DNA of 64,000 nt from a virus (Duplodnaviria > Heunggongvirae > Uroviricota > Caudoviricetes). The DNA is taken from IMG/VR virus record IMGVR_UViG_3300018839_000001; one strand, written 5' to 3'. Made by a program: the position numbers and the translations under genes. Below are positions 8,625 to 15,271 of the stretch, piece by piece (position 1 is the stretch's first letter; each line of letters begins with the position of its first letter). Below the pieces are notes generated by a model that was not told where the DNA came from, made no database searches, and saw nothing but the letters and a program-made list of their open reading frames with translations.

Positions 8625-9641
8625 TCACATAAAGTTTGCTTTCTTTAATAAACGAATTTGTGTAGTCCGATCTGCTTTTTTAATTAAATCAATTAATTTT
8701 TCTTTGGACATGCCTTCTAATCTTTCTAGTGGAATTTTTGTGTCAACGTCCACAGTTAAAAGTTCTTCTAAGTTTTTCTTAGATACGTAATCGTTTAATG
8801 TTGTTGTAGCATTGGCATGATCTCCATGGGCTTGCATCAACTTTATATCTCCGCCACTTAGAATACTCACCTCGTTTATTGATGCTTTTTTGAAAGAGTG
8901 GAATACAATTCTTCTATGACCAAAATCAATATTATCTCGAATGTAATCCATCATTTTTTGAATAGTTTTAGTTGTTAGCTGAAAAATTTTATCCCTTTTT
9001 ACCTCTTCTTTGAACTGCATTAATTCTTGATATAGATCATCAGATAACTTCTTGTAAGATGTCTTATTTCCTTTACCAATTGTTTTGATATACCATATAT
9101 CATCAATGTTGATGATATCATTGAACTCAAGATTTAATATAGACTGCAATCGCCAAGCTGTTGCGTAAGCGACCCTGATAAAAAGAGCTTTTTCTCTGCC
9201 TTTTCTTGTTTTAGACACAAGCTCCATTGCTGTAATAACCTCTTCATGAGTCATGGAATCGTAACTTTCTTTATCATGTTCATCGTACCTCTCCACATTA
9301 AACCACGACAAATCTACATTAAATCCGTCATCGGCTAGTCTTTTATAGCATTCACGAATTGAAGAAATTACGTTATTTACTGTTGTCCCTTTATGGCGCT
9401 CTTTAAGCGCTACTTGATAAGTTTCAATTTGTTTTTTAGTGAAGATAAGGTCTTCCTCGATCAGTTGTTCTAGCTCTTTGCCTCTCATTGTCCTAAAAAA
9501 ATCACGAATATGCCTTTCATAAGTTGATGCGGTGTTTTGACTGTTCTGCCCCTTACGTATCAAATAAGTTCTGATTGTTCCATAAACATTTTTATCCTCA
9601 TTTTTTGTATTGAATTGAATTACATTTTCTAATTTAGCCAT
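8625..9641 (-). CDS. Tyrosine recombinase-family protein with atypical HxxK motif
   Basis: SAM-like N-domain; catalytic pattern R (TAWRL), K (GKGNK), HSFKK instead of HxxR, H (HGDHAN), Y (LNDY); GAGGAGG RBS before ATG at 9641. Confidence 0.85.
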   Translation of the reverse strand: MAKLENVIQFNTKNEDKNVYGTIRTYLIRKGQNSQNTASTYERHIRDFFRTMRGKELEQLIEEDLIFTKKQIETYQVALKERHKGTTVNNVISSIRECYKRLADDGFNVDLSWFNVERYDEHDKESYDSMTHEEVITAMELVSKTRKGREKALFIRVAYATAWRLQSILNLEFNDIINIDDIWYIKTIGKGNKTSYKKLSDDLYQELMQFKEEVKRDKIFQLTTKTIQKMMDYIRDNIDFGHRRIVFHSFKKASINEVSILSGGDIKLMQAHGDHANATTTLNDYVSKKNLEELLTVDVDTKIPLERLEGMSKEKLIDLIKKADRTTQIRLLKKANFM

Positions 9642-9744
9642 ATGCCCCTCCTCTTCTAAGTATAACATAATTAAATTATATTGTACTTATTCTTCATCTT
9701 GTGATAATAAAAGAAAACCCATAAAAACCCAATCATTTACTATT

Positions 9745-9908
9745 TTTTACAACGTTTTAGGAGGTTGCTCAAACCTACTAAATTATCAATACTATTAATA
9801 ATATATAAAATATATAATAATTAATAGTATAACTCTTAGTATTATTAATTAATTATTAACTGTATTGATTATTGGTAGGTTTGGATAACCTTCTAAAAAA
9901 TTGTAAAA
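9745..9908. repeat. ~58-bp imperfect inverted repeat flanking a 49-bp almost pure A/T core; candidate origin or recombination site
   Basis: Left arm 9745-9802 matches the reverse complement of right arm 9852-9908 at about 46 of 58 positions by eye; nested palindrome ACTATTAAT/ATTAATAGT (9791-9799/9820-9828). Confidence 0.75.
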
Positions 9909-9918
9909 CATCTTCCAT

Positions 9919-10761
9919 TCACACTCCCAACCAGATATAATCATTCGCCTCCATCTTCTTAAAGTTATCGCCTTTTGTCTTCCACTCTTTATGAATCACT
10001 TTTATATAATTCTTTCTCTTTAAATTTTCAAGATAAGTATAAAAAGTGCTTCTGTCGATCCCAACCTCAGATATAATCTTATAAATTGGCACTGAATACA
10101 TGTTGTTTTTTCTTCCAAAGCACCGTGACTTTAAAAAACCGTATATTAAAAACTCAATGTTATTAAAATCATCACTCCTTAAAAAAGTCAAAAATTCTTT
10201 AATTGTTATCTTATGTGTTCGCTCAATACTGTATAAAGTCCCGTACTCTGAACCTTCATAGCCAGAAGTGAGAAACAAAGGTTCTTTCACTACATAATTT
10301 TTATTTTTAACTATCTTTTTAAACTTAGCATAATTTACGTCATCAGATTTCAATTCACTAATCAATATAAATTCTCTTAAAGGAATTTTATTTATCGTCT
10401 CCTCTTTATCGATTGTGTATCTCACGGGGTACTCTCGTGTTGTCAGTGTAAGGTGAAGTTTGTCTAACAGTCCATCCTTTTTAATAACTCTGTCAATAGT
10501 TTTTGTATCTCTACTATAACCAAGAAGCTCTTTAATATCTTTGTTTTGGACATAGGTCTGATTATCAAGATCGACAAAGTATGTATATTTATATAAAAAG
10601 GCAACTGCAACAAGATAAGAATATCCAAAGGCAACCTGCTGAATATTTGTACTCCCATTTCTATTCCTAATACATTTAGATAATGTTTTAAAAATGCTAT
10701 TAGGAAGTCTCACACTAGACAGTACATCCTGATTGTAAATCCCTTCAAAATGATTCATCAT
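9919..10761 (-). CDS. Tandem winged-HTH protein, putative replication initiator
   Basis: Two HTH-like segments (KDIKELLGYSRDTKTIDRVI; IYKIISEVGIDRSTFYTYLENLKRKNYIKV); ends 10 bp from the AT-rich inverted repeat. The Rep role is inference. Confidence 0.55.
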   Translation of the reverse strand: MMNHFEGIYNQDVLSSVRLPNSIFKTLSKCIRNRNGSTNIQQVAFGYSYLVAVAFLYKYTYFVDLDNQTYVQNKDIKELLGYSRDTKTIDRVIKKDGLLDKLHLTLTTREYPVRYTIDKEETINKIPLREFILISELKSDDVNYAKFKKIVKNKNYVVKEPLFLTSGYEGSEYGTLYSIERTHKITIKEFLTFLRSDDFNNIEFLIYGFLKSRCFGRKNNMYSVPIYKIISEVGIDRSTFYTYLENLKRKNYIKVIHKEWKTKGDNFKKMEANDYIWLGV

Positions 10762-10809
10762 ATCAAAATCACCATCTCCTTATACTTAGGTTTAAATAAC
10801 CTCCTTACC

Positions 10810-10838
10810 AATATAACAAATAATGTTTTTGGTGTCAA
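10810..10838 (-). promoter_or_regulatory. sigmaA promoter for the Rep-like gene
   Basis: TTGACA-N17-TATATT with TG extended -10; divergent from the promoter at 10892. Confidence 0.7.
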
Positions 10839-10891
10839 GAATGTAACTGTCAATTAAAACCCCTTCGTATAGCCGATCACATTTATCGATC

Positions 10892-10920
10892 TTGACAAAA
10901 CCAATTAATAATGTTATATT
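10892..10920 (+). promoter_or_regulatory. sigmaA promoter with the 16-bp motif as spacer
   Basis: TTGACA-AAACCAATTAATAATGT-TATATT; a second motif copy lies at 10954-10969, between +1 and the RBS. Confidence 0.8.
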
Positions 10921-10982
10921 AATTATAAGTAGTTCGGATCATTCCTCTCTACTAAACTAATTAATAATGACAATGGGGTGAG

Positions 10983-11405
10983 TTGGTGGGGTCTGTTGCA
11001 ATTGACATACATAAAAAAGAGAGGGATTTCAAAGTTTTAACTTTGTCAGATGAAATGGTAGTTAAGTATTTAATTTTATTCAGAAGCAAAGTTGATACAT
11101 CCCGATTGGCAAGTGTGAATATCAATATTGATCAAGCTGGAGATATTTTTGAATTTAATCAGGAGTTAATTTCTCTATATGCCTCTCTAGATAAACTGAT
11201 TGAAAAAATTTCATTCAAGGAAAAAGATAAACAGTTTCTCAATTTATTATTTGATGGACATTCTGTGTCTGATATTATTGAAAATTTTGATTATCCAAGA
11301 ATGACAGCCTATCGAACTTTAGACAGAATCATAGCTAGGATAGTTGATACGAATGAAGAGGATTGGATCAAATCAATAAAGGTTAACTTGATTCCAACCA
11401 AATAA
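10983..11405 (+). CDS. Putative DNA-binding regulator with C-terminal HTH (sigma region 4-like)
   Basis: FKEKDKQFLNLLFDGHSVSDIIENFDYPRMTAYRTLDRII fits an HTH; TTG start with GGGGTG RBS. Confidence 0.6.
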   Translation: MVGSVAIDIHKKERDFKVLTLSDEMVVKYLILFRSKVDTSRLASVNINIDQAGDIFEFNQELISLYASLDKLIEKISFKEKDKQFLNLLFDGHSVSDIIENFDYPRMTAYRTLDRIIARIVDTNEEDWIKSIKVNLIPTK

Positions 11406-11467
11406 TTAAGGATAACTGTTAAAACGATGAGTTGTAGTGAGAAAATTGTAGAAAGGATTGTTTTTGA

Positions 11468-11818
11468 GTGAAGATTCAACTCCCCAATGGGATTAAGCTT
11501 AATCTTGAAGAAAATATCACCTTAGAACAAAAGCTTAAAAAAGTTGAAGACTTGACTAATGAATGGCGATCTGCTATAGAGCGGAATTGGGATTCCATTA
11601 CGATTAGGTTTTTCTTAGATGGATTAGCTAATTATCTTGTTTGGCACAAGGATGAAGATGATAAAAACAAGCATAATAAAGATATGATATCAAACTGGAA
11701 GATCGAGCAGATGGAAGGAAAAAGAAAGACGAATAGCATTCCATTTTCAAGTCTATCAACAATTAATAAGGAATTGTTAGGGTTGGAGGGTAATAATGAT
11801 GGCAAAAAGAAAAACTAA
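11468..11818 (+). CDS. Hypothetical phage protein (116 aa)
   Basis: ORF overlapping the next gene in an operon. Confidence 0.65.
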   Translation: MKIQLPNGIKLNLEENITLEQKLKKVEDLTNEWRSAIERNWDSITIRFFLDGLANYLVWHKDEDDKNKHNKDMISNWKIEQMEGKRKTNSIPFSSLSTINKELLGLEGNNDGKKKN

Positions 11819-12095
11819 GTTGCAAAAATCTACGGCCATTCTAAATAACTCCAAAGTAACCCAATGGTGTTATGTTAATACGGATAACGAATTTAGATTT
11901 ATGGATAAAATTTTTACTATAAGTAACAAGGTTGAGGAATACAAAGTACATAATAAGGCTGGAACAATTGATGACTACACGAATGAAGCGTACATGGAGG
12001 AAATTCTTGTAACAATAGATAGCGATGATAGGCTACGCTTCTATAACCAAAACTACGATTTGATAGATAATAAGTTTGTTAAAATTAAAGAATGA
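11796..12095 (+). CDS. Hypothetical phage protein (99 aa)
   Basis: GGAGGG RBS; operonic. Confidence 0.65.
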   Translation: MMAKRKTKLQKSTAILNNSKVTQWCYVNTDNEFRFMDKIFTISNKVEEYKVHNKAGTIDDYTNEAYMEEILVTIDSDDRLRFYNQNYDLIDNKFVKIKE

Positions 12096-12111
12096 AAGGA
12101 GTGTTTGCGTA

Positions 12112-12411
12112 TTGAATCTTTCGAAGCTGATTCATGAAGTATGGAAAGATGACCGTATACGTGAATTAAGATTACGAAAAGATGAAGTGAAAATCTTAGT
12201 AGAGGTCTTGATAGATAATATCGGTAAAGGTCTTTTAAAACACGGTGTTGTAAAATTGAAGAATTTACTCACTTTAGAAGTCAGAAAAGCAAAAGGAAGA
12301 AAGATCAAAAACCCTCAAACTGGAGAGCACATGTATTCAAATGATTATTTTAAAATTGGTACTAGACTTTCTAAGAAAATGAGAGAAGAACTAAATAAAT
12401 CCAACAAATAA
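12112..12411 (+). CDS. HU/IHF-family histone-like DNA-binding protein
   Basis: VKLKNLLTLEVRKAKGRKIKNPQTGE arm motif; GAAAGGAG RBS before TTG at 12112. Confidence 0.85.
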   Translation: MNLSKLIHEVWKDDRIRELRLRKDEVKILVEVLIDNIGKGLLKHGVVKLKNLLTLEVRKAKGRKIKNPQTGEHMYSNDYFKIGTRLSKKMREELNKSNK

Positions 12412-12441
12412 GAAAAGACATTGACTAAAGGGAGAAACGGT

Positions 12442-13662
12442 ATGAAGTTTATTGTAGATACAAATGTTCTTTTAATTAAGCCAGAGATTATTAATGAATA
12501 TGATTGTGTAATCCCCTCTCATGTATTAAGAGAAATTGAACATTTAGAAAAGACAAGAAAAAGTGACAGACAACTTCAATACGATATTCGAAAGTTAAAA
12601 AGATTTCTAGATGATACATCGTCTCATATTTATATTGATTTGAAAGATTATACTTTTACTCTAGACGAAAGTTTAGATGGGCAATATGTCGATAATATCT
12701 TGCTTCAAGTAGCAGTAGATAATGGATACGGGATGATTTCAAACGATCGACTTATCAAAGAAAAATGCAAAATGTTTGAAATCCCCATTAAAAATTTCAA
12801 CGAAAACACCTTTATTGAACATAAAGGATTTAAAGAATTTTTGATGACAAAAGAGGAACTCGATGAAGTTTATCTTAATTTAAACGTAAACAAATTTAAT
12901 TTATTGATAAATGAATATGCAGTTATCAATGACGATTTAAACGGTGAATTGATGGATATCTTGAAATGGAATGGTGAAATGCTCCAGTCGCTACGCAATA
13001 AAAAAGGTCGTATTAAAAATGGATTCAAAACCGATCAGTTTGGAGAATTTCAGCCTCGTGATGAACAACAAGTTATGGCCGTAGACAGCATTTTGAATAA
13101 TCAACTAACTTCTATTCGAGGTCGTGCAGGAAGTGGAAAATCAATTATCGCATTGAATACAGCATGGAATCTCGTTGAAAAAGAAGGATATAAACTGGTT
13201 ATCTTCGTCAACCCTACTCCACTTCGCGATTCTCAAGAACTTGGATTTTATAAGGGAGATAGATTGGAGAAACTATTACAATCGGCTGTAGGCACTATGC
13301 TTAGGTCTAAATTTGGTGATGAAGATGAAATCATTAAACAGATTAATGATAATAATCTTGAAATCCTCCCTTTTGTAGACTTGCGCGGTTATGATACAGG
13401 AGAAATGAAAACAATTGTTTGGATTTTAGAGGCACAAAATTTAACAGCCGACCTGTTGAAATTGGGACTGCAACGTATTAGCGACAATACAAAGGTTATT
13501 GTTGACGGAGATTATTTTGCTCAAGTAGATAAAGATGTATACTCATCAAACAATGGCATGAGACGAATGAGTGAAGTGTTTAGGGGGAATGAAATTTATG
13601 GAGAAATTGAACTTCAAACAATTCACAGAAGTAAAATTGCAGACATCGCTGACAGAATGTAA
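12442..13662 (+). CDS. phoH: PIN-PhoH (PhoH2/YlaK-like) RNase-ATPase
   Basis: N-terminal PIN (FIVDTNVLL...DNILL...SNDRL); C-terminal PhoH ATPase (GRAGSGKS, LGFYKGD, DLRGYD, ILEAQN, KVIVDGD, RSKIADIA). Confidence 0.9.
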   Translation: MKFIVDTNVLLIKPEIINEYDCVIPSHVLREIEHLEKTRKSDRQLQYDIRKLKRFLDDTSSHIYIDLKDYTFTLDESLDGQYVDNILLQVAVDNGYGMISNDRLIKEKCKMFEIPIKNFNENTFIEHKGFKEFLMTKEELDEVYLNLNVNKFNLLINEYAVINDDLNGELMDILKWNGEMLQSLRNKKGRIKNGFKTDQFGEFQPRDEQQVMAVDSILNNQLTSIRGRAGSGKSIIALNTAWNLVEKEGYKLVIFVNPTPLRDSQELGFYKGDRLEKLLQSAVGTMLRSKFGDEDEIIKQINDNNLEILPFVDLRGYDTGEMKTIVWILEAQNLTADLLKLGLQRISDNTKVIVDGDYFAQVDKDVYSSNNGMRRMSEVFRGNEIYGEIELQTIHRSKIADIADRM

Positions 13663-13671
13663 GAATAGCAC

Positions 13672-13700
13672 TTGACAAAACTAATTAATAATGTTATTAT
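13672..13700 (+). promoter_or_regulatory. sigmaA promoter with the 16-bp motif, driving the tRNA/ncRNA cluster
   Basis: TTGACA-AAACTAATTAATAATGT-TATTAT (TATAAT 3 nt further). Confidence 0.8.
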
Positions 13701-13715
13701 AATTACATAACCAAT

Positions 13716-13790
13716 AAGGCGCTCACAGCAAAATTATTTTAGGCTAAATTGTTAATGTTTATAAAATCGTTATTGAAAATTTTGCGCCTT
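13716..13790 (+). ncRNA. ACAGC-bulge element copy 1 (Y-RNA-like, AU-rich interior)
   Basis: AAGGCGC/GCGCCTT terminal stem, 7-nt 5' bulge TCACAGC, second stem AAAATT/AATTTT. Confidence 0.6.
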
Positions 13791-13796
13791 GATTTT

Positions 13797-13868
13797 TCAT
13801 CTATAGCTCAATGGTAGAGCACCTGACTGTTAATCAGGGGGTTGTAGGTTCGAACCCTGCTGGATGAG
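13797..13868 (+). tRNA. tRNA-Asn(GTT)
   Basis: Acceptor TCATCTA/TGGATGA, D-arm GCTC/GAGC, anticodon arm CCTGA-CTGTTAA-TCAGG, T-loop GTTCGAAC; no encoded CCA. Confidence 0.9.
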
Positions 13869-14005
13869 TAGGTGGAGCTTCCACTCCACCGTATTCTGTA
13901 ATGTAAAGTTTGCACATATGCACCACTCCTTTCTAGGTCTTACTGGTGTGCTAGACCTCAAAAAGACGTAGACCAGAGTTATGCTTCTCTTCAAAAAGCT
14001 TAAAT

Positions 14006-14082
14006 CTGGGTATAGGGCAGTCTGGTAGCCTACTCCTCTTGGACAGGAGATGTCGTTGGTTCGAATCCAGCTACCCAGACCA
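14006..14082 (+). tRNA. tRNA-Pro(TGG)
   Basis: Acceptor CTGGGTA/TACCCAG, anticodon arm CTCCT-CTTGGAC-AGGAG, T-loop GTTCGAATC; encoded CCA. Confidence 0.9.
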
Positions 14083-14083
14083 T

Positions 14084-14157
14084 TGCGAAGTAGACAAACT
14101 GGTAAAGTCACTAGCCTTTGAAGCTAGGATTTGTAGGTTCGAAGCCTACCTTCGCAG
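14084..14157 (+). tRNA. tRNA-Gln(TTG)
   Basis: Acceptor TGCGAAG/CTTCGCA, anticodon arm CTAGC-CTTTGAA-GCTAG, T-arm GTAGG/CCTAC. Confidence 0.9.
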
Positions 14158-14162
14158 TTTTA

Positions 14163-14283
14163 AAGACACATACAGCAAAACTACTACTACATATTGTTAT
14201 GATAAAACAGTGGTGAGGGTTCGAATCCCTCCAGAGACAGACTATCTCTGTGGTGTAACGGGAGCATTTATATACTGTGTCTT
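14163..14283 (+). ncRNA. ACAGC-bulge element copy 2 with permuted tRNA-like domain (YrlA-like topology)
   Basis: AAGACAC/GTGTCTT stem + ATACAGCAA. Inside, in order: T-arm GAGGG-TTCGAAT-CCCTC (14215-14231), closed acceptor-like stem CAGAGA/TCTCTG, D-arm-like GTGT-AACGGGA-GCAT. Confidence 0.65.
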
Positions 14284-14325
14284 GCTTAAGAGGATTAGTC
14301 ACCCTCTCCCCTTCTATAAAAAATA

Positions 14326-14383
14326 TAGACACCCACAGCAATTTAACTTTCAAAATTTTATTTAGGCGAAATGAGTGTGTCTA
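14326..14383 (+). ncRNA. ACAGC-bulge element copy 3 (short)
   Basis: TAGACAC/GTGTCTA stem + CCACAGCAA; shares TTTAGGCKAAAT with copy 1. Confidence 0.6.
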
Positions 14384-14389
14384 GGTTTC

Positions 14390-14460
14390 GCACCCGTAGC
14401 TCGAAGGTCGAGCAGGCGGCTCATAACCGCTCGGTTCTGGTTCGATTCCAGACGGGTGCA
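14390..14460 (+). tRNA. tRNA with CAT anticodon, probably Ile2 (lysidine type)
   Basis: Acceptor GCACCCG/CGGGTGC; anticodon arm GGCGG-CTCATAA-CCGCT resembles Bacillus Ile2. G1-C72 is paired and the three G-C pairs are absent, so it is not an initiator. Confidence 0.8.
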
Positions 14461-14513
14461 TAATAAATAAAATAAACCTTTCATCCATAGTTTAATTGAC
14501 TCTCAAAAATAGA

Positions 14514-14542
14514 TTGACACATTTGAAACTATGGATTATAAA
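14514..14542 (+). promoter_or_regulatory. Internal sigmaA promoter in the tRNA cluster
   Basis: TTGACA-N17-TATAAT, without the 16-bp motif. Confidence 0.7.
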
Positions 14543-14639
14543 TTGAAATTTCTGCCGTATCGACAATCGCGCGTAGGAGGTACGAAGAAAACCTGTTTAG
14601 CGACAGCGAGGCAAATCAGTTAGCGCCTCGGTATTCATA

Positions 14640-14711
14640 TGGGATGTAGCCAAGTGGTAAGGCATAGGATTGCAAATCCTAATATCGAGGGTTCGAATCC
14701 CTTCATCTCAT
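14640..14711 (+). tRNA. tRNA-Cys(GCA)
   Basis: Acceptor TGGGATG/CATCTCA, anticodon arm TAGGA-TTGCAAA-TCCTA, U73 discriminator. Confidence 0.9.
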
Positions 14712-14718
14712 CTATTAT

Positions 14719-14799
14719 GCCGAAGTGGTGGAAAGGCAGACACGCCAGATTTAGACTCTGGTGTCGAAAGACGTGCAGGTTCAAGTCCTGCCTTCGGTA
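14719..14799 (+). tRNA. tRNA-Leu(TAG)
   Basis: Acceptor GCCGAAG/CTTCGGT, anticodon arm CCAGA-TTTAGAC-TCTGG, long variable arm TGTCGAAAGACG. Confidence 0.9.
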
Positions 14800-14803
14800 T
14801 CAA

Positions 14804-14927
14804 AAGACACTAACAGCTATTCTAATGCATAACGTGGTCAGTCCCATTCGTAGGTTCGAATCCTACCTGTCGGCAAGTACCGATAGTCGTCAAGTGGCTT
14901 AAGACAGGACTTTATAAACAGTGTCTT
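14804..14927 (+). ncRNA. ACAGC-bulge element copy 4 with complete permuted tRNA-like domain (YrlA-like topology)
   Basis: AAGACACT/AGTGTCTT stem + AACAGCTA. Inside: AGTCC (14840-44), 5-nt variable loop, T-arm GTAGG-TTCGAAT-CCTAC, acceptor CTGTCGG-loop CAAGTA-CCGATAG, TC, D-arm GTC-AAGTGGCTTAA-GAC, A, GGACT pairing back to AGTCC. Confidence 0.75.
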
Positions 14928-14929
14928 GA

Positions 14930-15006
14930 TAGGCGCGTACAGCAATATTCTTAATAGTGTAGATTTAAAAATAATTATGGTAATTTGACAGATATTATTG
15001 CGCCTA
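14930..15006 (+). ncRNA. ACAGC-bulge element copy 5 (AU-rich interior)
   Basis: TAGGCGC/GCGCCTA stem, 7-nt bulge GTACAGC, second stem AATA/TATT. Confidence 0.6.
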
Positions 15007-15011
15007 GCTTT

Positions 15012-15096
15012 GGAGTGTTACTCAAGTGGTTAAGAGGACTGTTTGCTAAACAGTTAGCACCGTAAGGTGGCAGAGGTTCGAATCCTCTACACTCCG
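15012..15096 (+). tRNA. tRNA-Ser(GCT)
   Basis: Acceptor GGAGTGT/ACACTCC, anticodon arm ACTGT-TTGCTAA-ACAGT, long variable arm, G73. Confidence 0.9.
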
Positions 15097-15101
15097 TTCA
15101 T

Positions 15102-15172
15102 GTGGGCTTAGTATAAAGGTAGTATCGATGGTTTCCACCCATCGGGTATCGGTTCGAATCCGATAGCTCATA
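15102..15172 (+). tRNA. tRNA-Gly(TCC)
   Basis: Acceptor GTGGGCT/AGCTCAT, anticodon arm GATGG-TTTCCAC-CCATC, T-arm ATCGG/CCGAT. Confidence 0.85.
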
Positions 15173-15271
15173 TATTTTTTATCTAAAAATCAAATTAATA
15201 ATGCAATAATAGTTTTATTATAATTTCTTAGTTTTACGGAATGTAAAAGAAGAAAAAGGAGAAGTGATATC

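Noticed and set aside
13830-14902. ORFs 13830-14111, 14039-14365, 14111-14353 and 14639-14902
   Set aside because: They overlap tRNA/ncRNA genes and have no RBS or protein-like composition.
14163-14927. Two-piece (permuted) tmRNA or intron-split tRNAs
   Set aside because: No tag reading frame or pseudoknot region, no alanine identity elements or free CCA end, and no group I core or bulge-helix-bulge; the YrlA-like reading fits better.
13716-15006. CRISPR array or DNA tandem repeat
   Set aside because: Repeats are 7-bp inverted stems with a short motif, spacing is irregular, spacers are tRNAs, and no cas genes are present.
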